A DNA stretch of 64,000 nucleotides, taken from assembly GCA_042573485.1 (NCBI GenBank), contig JBHPCX010000003.1, positions 19,306-83,305 on the forward strand, written 5' to 3'. This stretch comes from Thermodesulfobacteriota bacterium (GTDB lineage: Bacteria; Desulfobacterota; DSM-4660; Desulfatiglandales; HGW-15). The translations under genes and the position numbers were made by a program. Of the stretch, positions 38,800-45,388 are shown piece after piece (position 1 is the first letter of the stretch; every line of letters begins with the position of its first letter). Under the pieces are notes generated by a model that searched no databases, was not told the origin of the DNA, and saw only the letters and a program-made list of their open reading frames with translations.

Positions 38800-38950
38800 C
38801 AAATAAACATTAATATTTAAGTAATGTAAGTTAGGCTGTTAGTTAACAAATTAACGAACATTACTTGAGAAAATAACAATATATTGTGGTAATGTCAAGT
38901 ATGCCACTATATATTTGGGTAAAATTGTCCTTTTCAATGATCAATTAGCA

Positions 38951-39032
38951 GTCTAGCCTATTAGACCGAAAGCGGAAGACTGTTAGCAGAGGATATTTTT
39001 TGCTTTTCCTAACAGCCTTCAGCCTAACAAGC
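38951..39032. repeat. AGGCT-palindrome family copy 8
   Basis: gtctagcctattagaccgaaagcggaagactgttagcagagg ... cctaacagccttcagcctaacaagc. Confidence 0.7.
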
Positions 39033-39091
39033 TGAAATGAATCTTGAATATTGAATTCTAATTATTGTTTATTGTTAACTGCTCAATGAAA

Positions 39092-39352
39092 TTACTCATA
39101 CTTAAGCAGCATAGTCCCGACATTCCAATAATTTACCGTTAAAAACTTACCGTCGCGTGAAAGGTAGAGAACACCGAAAAATGTGGTCGGCAGACTTTTC
39201 TCGCTCCAGGTTTTGCCGCCATCTTCAGTATGAAGTGCTATTGCGCTCTCTTTGCCTGAAAGATGGGGGGAGTAGTAAATATTGCGACAGGTGTGAGATG
39301 AAGTGGGATTAAGCGAAATGATTAGGGATATTAATATGTTATAATATGACAA
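39092..39352 (-). pseudogene. Truncated paralog of the Asp-box beta-propeller gene (C-terminal blade only)
   Basis: HTEDGGKTWSEKSLP...LSRDGKFLTVNYWNVGTMLLKYE matches the C-terminus of 42782..43675 (TADGGKTWKKESL...LSRDGKFLTLNVMNEGVTVLEYK). The N-terminal part has no similarity and no signal peptide. Confidence 0.55.
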
Positions 39353-39479
39353 AAATATTTTATGGTGATATTTCTGTAGAAGTCAAATATTTAAAATCTG
39401 TGATATGCAGAATACATCTGTAATAAAATAAAAAGCAAACATTTAAGCTTTTAATAAGAAGAATTTTAAATCCAAATTA

Positions 39480-39665
39480 GTCATGCAAAATGATATCCTG
39501 AATCCTTAACATAGCACATTCTTTCAAACGCAAGCCACCGCCATAAATGACTTGGGACATTAATAGAGGAATTCCGTGTAATTGTTCGAATAACCTTGAA
39601 ACTTCTTCACGTGTTAAAACAACAGGCAATCTCCTTATTTTATTTGCACGCACAACATCGTGTGA
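39480..39665 (-). pseudogene. Fragment of an integron-integrase-like (IntI/Xer family) tyrosine recombinase
   Basis: The 62-codon open stretch translates to SHDVVRANKIRRLPVVLTREEVSRLFEQLHGIPLLMSQVIYGGGLRLKECAMLRIQDIILHD*. RLPVVLT..EV and LxYGxGLRxxExxxLRxxDI are core motifs around the first catalytic Arg. The stretch is bounded by stops on both sides, and the remainder of the gene is absent. Confidence 0.6.
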
Positions 39666-39843
39666 TCACTTTTTGTTTGACATACAAGTCAAAACTATCC
39701 TATCTTCATTCGCTGAAGAGGGAGTTCTTATCCGACCGAACAACTCCTGGTCTTGAGTTCAACAACTTGACATTACCGGGTTCGATATTTAAACTAGTTG
39801 TGGAGACATCAGTAACCTCTTGAGAATAAGGAGATTGTCCGCC

Positions 39844-40377
39844 GTGGCGAATAATAGACAAGTGAATCCTATAAAAAACGTCCTCTTTATGGTGACCGTT
39901 ACGGCCGCAATGATCCTGGGCATCTATTCGCTCACCCTGGCTTTCGCGAATGTCCAATGGGCATCGATCACAACTTCTCTCATCATACGTACGGCAACGC
40001 CGGAAGATTCCGCCAAAATGGAGGTTGCGATCGGATCAGAGACTGAATCCGACCTTGTCTTCGTTGTCATCGCCAATTTAGGGGAGTGCATCGAAGACGC
40101 AGCCGCGGCAGATAAGGCAGTTCAGAATGTGTCCGAAACCCTCCCTGTTTCCGACCTGGAAACATCCATCCGATACATAACTGCCGCCCATCCCGATTTC
40201 AAGATCATCCTGGAACAGAATGAAATCCGTCAATTTCCAGCCTTATTGATCGCTAAAAAGGGTGGCGGCATCGTGCGATTAGTAAACAAGCTCGACGAAA
40301 AGACAATACTGGATACCTATCAAAGGTATTGGGGCGATTCAGCTTCAACTACCGAAACTGAATACAGCATTTATTGA
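39844..40377 (+). CDS. Membrane-anchored hypothetical protein, first gene of the YeeE/DUF1573 operon
   Basis: GTG at 39844 lies 10 nt after AAGGAG. N-terminal anchor FMVTVTAAMILGIYSLTLAFA. The C-terminal FPALLIAKKGGGIVRLV is loosely thioredoxin-fold-like, but there is no CxxC. The stop overlaps the next start. Confidence 0.5.
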   Translation: MANNRQVNPIKNVLFMVTVTAAMILGIYSLTLAFANVQWASITTSLIIRTATPEDSAKMEVAIGSETESDLVFVVIANLGECIEDAAAADKAVQNVSETLPVSDLETSIRYITAAHPDFKIILEQNEIRQFPALLIAKKGGGIVRLVNKLDEKTILDTYQRYWGDSASTTETEYSIY

Positions 40378-41570
40378 TGATGAGTCCCCAAACCTTGAAA
40401 GACGGCCAGACAATCACCCTGGAAGAGACCGGGCAAACTCCGACAGAGCCTGCCAAAACCCCCATCCGTATAACCAGGGGATTCAGGAAACCTTCACACA
40501 AGACTGCTACCGCGATCTTTTGGATTACGTTTGCGGTTGTTGCGTTCGTGGCCGGAATCGGAATCTTTGTTCAGGATATGCGCTTCGTGATGGCGGCTAT
40601 CTACTTTGCCGTGGGATTCGTTTTCCAGCGGGCCGGGTTCTGCAGCGCTTCATTGCTCAGCGCAGCTGTTATATCGCGGGATATGCGCGGCCTGAGAGCG
40701 ATACTCGTTGCAGTATTGACCGCCATGCTGGGATTCGGGCTGATGGACATTCTTGGATGGGTCACCATATATCCCGGAAGGATCAGTGTCATACCGGCTG
40801 CGGTCGCCGGTATAATTTTCGGGATCGGCATGGTTCTCGCCGGCGGCTGTATAAGCGGATCGTTATTTAAGGCGACCGAAGGGCATTTTCCCTCCATCAT
40901 AGCAGTCGCAGGCATTTTCGCCGGGCTTGCCGCGGGTCTGTCTCCATGGGGTCGGGGAGGTATCGAATTCCTGACCGGCCTGAGTGAGTCATGGAAAATT
41001 CCATCCAATATAGTGGATCCGTTTGGCGATGCCTTTGCACTTATGGCAGTCGGCATCGCCCTGATCGGATTATCCGCAATGTGCCTGATCTATCGTCGCC
41101 GGATCCTGGACTCCCCGCTTAAGAACGCCTACCCGGTAAGTGGCAGTTGGCCGCTGTTCGGTGTAGCGGTCATTGTAGGCCTGCTCGGATGGGCGGCCAT
41201 CGTGGTCGGTCCGTCCCTGGGACGAACGCATCCGCTCGGCGCCAGTCATATGCCGCACTCTTTGCTGAAGTATGTTTTTGACGGAGATGTCCGTATCGTC
41301 GGACTGATAGCCTGGACGTTCGTTCTCGGCTCGGCGCTGTCCGCATGGCTGCGAGGGAAAATCATATGGAGAACCGCTCCGAAGGGGATACTCGTATTGG
41401 CGTTCTTCGGAGGCGTGCTGGTGGGAGTCGGCGCTATCCTTGCCGGCGGATGTTTTGTCGGGCAGATTTTGTCGGGATGGGCTCTCCTGTCCATACACGC
41501 TCTGATCTTCGGGATTACAATGATTCTGGCGAATTGGATAACGACCTTACTCTACCTGCGTGGATGGTGA
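40374..41570 (+). CDS. YeeE/YedE family inner-membrane sulfur/selenium-compound transport protein
   Basis: Two half-domains carry the family's Cys motifs: FQRAGFCSAS, LAGGCISGSLFKA and LAGGCFVGQILSG. Polytopic. The exact start (TTG 40374 or ATG 40377/40380) is uncertain. Confidence 0.85.
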   Translation: MMMSPQTLKDGQTITLEETGQTPTEPAKTPIRITRGFRKPSHKTATAIFWITFAVVAFVAGIGIFVQDMRFVMAAIYFAVGFVFQRAGFCSASLLSAAVISRDMRGLRAILVAVLTAMLGFGLMDILGWVTIYPGRISVIPAAVAGIIFGIGMVLAGGCISGSLFKATEGHFPSIIAVAGIFAGLAAGLSPWGRGGIEFLTGLSESWKIPSNIVDPFGDAFALMAVGIALIGLSAMCLIYRRRILDSPLKNAYPVSGSWPLFGVAVIVGLLGWAAIVVGPSLGRTHPLGASHMPHSLLKYVFDGDVRIVGLIAWTFVLGSALSAWLRGKIIWRTAPKGILVLAFFGGVLVGVGAILAGGCFVGQILSGWALLSIHALIFGITMILANWITTLLYLRGW

Positions 41571-41643
41571 TGAATTTCCCTGTCGTCCACAGAAAATGGC
41601 AGACCATATCCGATTGCCTCATTACGGAAAGGGGATAAGTTTT

Positions 41644-42390
41644 ATGAAAAGCGGAAAAGCCAGTATGGCGGCAGGCGGCATTCTATTGATAGCTGCGTTC
41701 CTGATCGGGGTGTCTTTTGCATCTGACGATTCGACCGGAGAGCTGCTCATCGCGATACCCGCGCAGTTCGACGCGGGAACGGTTTTAGAGGGTAAAAAAA
41801 TCGAGGCGACAACAACCATACAAAATGTAGGAAACGCGCAGGTTGAAATTACGAACGTAAAAACCAGTTGAGGATGCACCGAAGCTATGCTAGGTAAGCA
41901 TACACTGGCTCCAAATGAAAAAACTGAAATCAAAGTAATTTATGACACAGAAACGCGTCCGGGGCCCTTCCAGAAACATGTTACCCTCACTACAAACATT
42001 CCGGGACACGAAGAAATTAAAATTTTTATGTTTAAAGGAGTTGTGGAAGAAGCGCCTGGAGCAAAAATCGCAGTCGTTCCGCGAAGAGTCGTGCTTGAGG
42101 GAGTAGAGCGCGGCACCGGCAAAAAACAGGCTTTCTCCATAACCAACGAGGGATCGCTTCCGCTGGTAATAACCGATATCCGGTCCTATGACGGTAAGAC
42201 CGTTTATTTTGATGGTTCCAGGACAGGAAACATCACGATCGAACCCGGTCAGACAAAAATCCGTGAACTTCAACTGCCGGGTATTGACGGAGACAAGGAG
42301 AAAGGGGAGTACATACTTATCCGTTCCAATGCCAGGAACGCCGAAAATTCCGGGTTGCATATTATGATTCAGTACCCTGCAATAGAATAG
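41644..42390 (+). CDS. Secreted DUF1573-like selenoprotein (S-U-G-C-T in place of SCGCT)
   Basis: ATG at 41644 follows GGAAAGGGGA. Signal peptide ...LIGVSFA. A single in-frame TGA at 41869-41871 joins ORFs 41560..41871 and 41887..42390, which share a frame. The context FDAGTVLEGKKIEATTTIQNVGNAQVEITNVKTS-U-GCTEA...LAPNEKTEIKV fits the DUF1573 pattern. A second, Cys-less DUF1573-like repeat follows. Confidence 0.8.
41886..41902 (+). promoter_or_regulatory. SECIS-like hairpin downstream of TGA 41869-41871
   Basis: UAUGCU[AGGUA]AGCAUA, a perfect 6-bp stem. The loop begins 20 nt after UGA and contains GGU. Confidence 0.6.
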
Positions 42391-42781
42391 ATACGTTAGG
42401 AAATGACTGAGTACTGCCCCAAATCCACCATCAAAATCCTATAGATATTGATAATTACGGATTTTGGGTAACCCTGGGCACCAGCAAGGTGTTAGATGCA
42501 AGGCACCGAAGGAGCGCCGACTGAGGCGTACAAGCGTACGCCGCAGGGAGAAGTGACTGAAGGCAACGCAGCAGATGGCATCTTGATGGGGGATCAGGGA
42601 CTGCTTTCGGGTGTTGACATTAGGACCTGTCATTTGCTATTTTAGATGCCCAGCAGGCAAGCGGTCTTTTTCTTAATCCTGGAAGGACGAAGCAGGATAA
42701 CAGCCAGAATAGCTTCTTATATCCTTTCGGGGCATGGAGAACGAGGAGAAAACAATTCATTATTTTAGGAGAGGAAAAGAG

Positions 42782-43675
42782 ATGAGACATACCAGATTAG
42801 TCATTTTGTTTGGCGTATTGGTGTTTGCTCTGATCGTTGGGTGTATGCCGGCAGTTGCCCAGTCAAAGTGGGAGATTATCATACCCCAATCGAATTTCGG
42901 AGCGAATTTAGGAGCGAAGTTGAGAGCAACCGCCTTCCAGACCGAAACCTTCGGCGTTACGGGAGGGGCGGGAAATGAAGGCAAGGCTTCCATCACCACA
43001 GATGGCGGTAAAAATTGGGCCCAGGCTGACAGTAGCGGTGCCTGATGCTACACATTTGACATCGTTGATGTCAATACGATCTGGCAATGCAGCATAAGAA
43101 GCTCCGCCTTGAGCACGGACGGAGGCAAAACATGGGTAAACACCAAAGAAAGCGCCGGCAGTTCGGGCTGTATAGTGGCCTTTGCGGACACTAAGGCGGG
43201 ATGGATCGGCAATGGAACCAATTTCAAAAAGACGGCGGATGGCGGCACTATTTGGGAAAAACTGACCCTGCCCGAAGGCGTAACCGGAGTCGTCGCAACC
43301 GCGCTCCGAACCCCGAAAGATGGATATTTGGTCGATATAAAGGGCAACCTGCACATCACTAAAGATGGAGGCAAGACCTGGACATCCCATTCTTTAGGGC
43401 TTGATAACCCGAAAATTCTGAACTACTCCAGCGGCATGTTTGTCATGGAGACTCCGCAGGCCGCGGTACGTTTCTTCGACGCGAACAACGGGCTGGTGGT
43501 CCTGGGTCTTTCCGGCGAGACCAATATGGTTGCCCTGCGCACGGCGGATGGCGGCAAGACCTGGAAAAAGGAAAGCCTGACTGGAGGATTGGGGAAACCC
43601 TACCTGTCGCGCGACGGCAAGTTTTTGACGTTGAATGTCATGAACGAGGGAGTCACCGTGCTCGAATATAAATGA
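42782..43675 (+). CDS. Exported BNR/Asp-box beta-propeller selenoprotein (Ycf48-like fold) with U-C dyad
   Basis: ATG at 42782 follows AGGAGAGG. The lipobox or signal is ALIVGC/PAVAQ. A single in-frame TGA at 43043-43045 joins ORFs 42734..43045 and 43109..43675, which share a frame, and the 21 codons between them contain no stop. Five Asp-boxes: TDGGKNW, TDGGKTW, ADGGTIW, KDGGKTW, ADGGKTW. Context ADSSGA-U-CYTFDIVD. Confidence 0.75.
43056..43074 (+). promoter_or_regulatory. SECIS-like hairpin downstream of TGA 43043-43045
   Basis: UUGACAUC[GUU]GAUGUCAA, a perfect 8-bp stem. The loop begins 18 nt after UGA. Confidence 0.65.
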
Positions 43676-43797
43676 GCGAACCTGGGCGCGGCGGTTGAAA
43701 AGTGAAGCACGTGGCGGTTATAAGGTGCAACACCTGATACGAGGTTTTAAGTTTTTCCTTTCTGTGTCCATATCCTGTTTATCGGTGGATATTACTA

Positions 43798-43827
43798 CCT
43801 CAGAAGCCCCCCGGGGGGCTTCTGAGG
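43798..43827. terminator. Perfect 30-nt GC-rich palindrome downstream of the beta-propeller gene
   Basis: cctcagaagcccccc/ggggggcttctgagg. There is no clear U-tract, so it may be a terminator or a protein-binding palindrome. Confidence 0.45.
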
Positions 43828-44221
43828 CACAGAGCCTGTTTGGTCCGTTATCTTCCAGCCGTTTTTGCGTCGTCTTTTGACATCCTCCAATCGATAACTC
43901 TCTCTGTCCATCTCGATTTGAAATTGGGGTCGGACCAAGCTATCTGCTTGATATTATTTAACTATCTTCCCAAAAAGCTCCTTTCCTTTTTTTGCGATTA
44001 TTATATTCCTGTCCTACTCTACTGATAACTGGAGCATAAGGATTTTTATGTGTTATGTCAACGAAACTAAAACATAGAGCAGATCTTCATTCTTGATAAT
44101 TCAGCGGTGTTATACTAACCTTATCTCAACTGAAGGAAAATACAGGGCATCAATTGAATATTCCTTCCCGGGATATTTAATGCCTGTTTTACTGCCAACT
44201 TTATAATATGCTCTTCTCAAC

Positions 44222-45253
44222 ATGTATTTAGACCGCCTTTTTAAAAAAGGATATCCTTTCCTGGACTGGATTCAGGTGGATATCAGCTCTCTATGCGATA
44301 GCGAATGTATTTATTGCCCCCACACGGAATACAGGAGTAACTGGCAGAACAGGCTTCTCCCGATGGATTTATATGAAAAAATTGTTCCCGCCTTTAAAAG
44401 AACAAAACTCGTGTTTTTGCAGGGCTGGGGAGAGCCCTTCACCCATCCTCAATTTATTGACTTTCTGCGGCTGGCAAAAAAAGCCGGCTGCATGACCGGA
44501 ACCACTACAAATGGAATGATGCTCGATTCCGAAAAGATAAAGGAGCTTGTTGATGAAGGCCTGGATATCATCTGTTTTTCCCTGGCGGGTATCGACCAGA
44601 AAAATGATGCTGTACGGAAAGGAACCCGGATAAGCAGGGTTCTAAAATGCATAGAAGAGATTCACAGGATAAGGAACAGCCGCTCGGTGGATAAACCGGT
44701 GATACATATCGCCTATATGCTGCTTAGATCCGGGCTCGATGACCTGGATAAAATACCCGTCTTTTCTGAAAACGCAGGGATATCCCAGACTGTTATCAGC
44801 TCTCTTTCCCTGCTGGTAAACCGGGCCATGGTAAATGAATCCTTAGCCGTATCGGGAGAAGAAGAATGCCGTGAGTTAATGAACAGGTTTCATGAAGTAA
44901 AAATAGATGCTGAAAGGAGAGACACTGATCTGTTTTTCAATATAGTGTCTCCACTTATGGAAGAATCCTTTTGCAGTGAAAACACAGGAAGAGCCCTGGT
45001 TGTCGGTTCGGATGGAAGCATATCCCCGTGCATAATGGGATGTCTCCCGGTAAAAGGGAATAATCTCTTTTATTTTGGCGGAACCGGGCAAAAAATAGAA
45101 AATATCTCATTCGGTAATATGGCTGATGAGACGTTAAATATAATATGGAATAAAAAGGGGTATAAAAGATTTGTACACAACCTGGATAGAGGTATTGCTG
45201 AGGGTTTTTGTCAAAATTGCATGAAGCGTTTCCCCCTGGATCTCCAAATGTAA
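44222..45253 (+). CDS. Radical SAM protein with SPASM-like C-terminal Cys cluster
   Basis: CDSECIYCP is the CxxxCxxC motif, and GWGEPF is a SAM-binding motif. C-terminal cysteines (SPCIMGC ... FCQNCMKRF). Confidence 0.8.
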   Translation: MYLDRLFKKGYPFLDWIQVDISSLCDSECIYCPHTEYRSNWQNRLLPMDLYEKIVPAFKRTKLVFLQGWGEPFTHPQFIDFLRLAKKAGCMTGTTTNGMMLDSEKIKELVDEGLDIICFSLAGIDQKNDAVRKGTRISRVLKCIEEIHRIRNSRSVDKPVIHIAYMLLRSGLDDLDKIPVFSENAGISQTVISSLSLLVNRAMVNESLAVSGEEECRELMNRFHEVKIDAERRDTDLFFNIVSPLMEESFCSENTGRALVVGSDGSISPCIMGCLPVKGNNLFYFGGTGQKIENISFGNMADETLNIIWNKKGYKRFVHNLDRGIAEGFCQNCMKRFPLDLQM

Positions 45254-45388
45254 AGGGACAGAAACCCATAACTTATTACCTGAACTTTAAATCATGCGTT
45301 ATTATTAGTTATGCGGGAATGACAGAAAAAATAATTTTTGACTTTTTACGAAGGTTTTTTAATTGAAAAAACACTTTAACGGGTCCCG

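Noticed and set aside
1051-39090. Short tandem tracts as a possible CRISPR array or arrays.
   Set aside because: Units are 4-8 nt, degenerate and contiguous. There are no 25-40 nt direct repeats separated by unique spacers, and no cas genes.
39765-39795. tRNA-like T-arm string GGGTTCGAT near the integrase fragment (a possible tRNA or tRNA-derived att site).
   Set aside because: No complementary T-stem, acceptor stem or anticodon arm can be built from the flanking sequence.
561-43045. Alternative explanations for the five in-frame TGAs: pseudogenes with nonsense mutations, or a genome-wide TGA reassignment (code 4/25).
   Set aside because: The pseudogene idea is unlikely for four reasons: the downstream frames stay open and conserved; the TGA column is shared by three diverged paralogs; each TGA pairs with a nearby Cys; and each has a hairpin at a fixed distance. 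Reassignment is rejected because many well-supported genes here end in TGA at the expected C-terminus (for example 2259-2261, 4136-4138, 18179-18181).
43830-43960. Minus-strand mini-ORF MDRESYRLEDVKRRRKNGWKITDQ... that reads into the 30-nt palindrome.
   Set aside because: It is only ~38 codons, has no RBS at the Met, and ends inside a palindrome. It may be a gene remnant, but nothing identifies it.
44048-44077. 9-codon ORF MCYVNETKT (AAGGA upstream) just before the radical SAM gene, as a possible RiPP precursor. Other tiny ORFs lie at 44179-44205 and 44208-44231.
   Set aside because: It is too short and has no recognisable leader/core features, and I have no conservation information. This could easily be chance in an AT-rich spacer.
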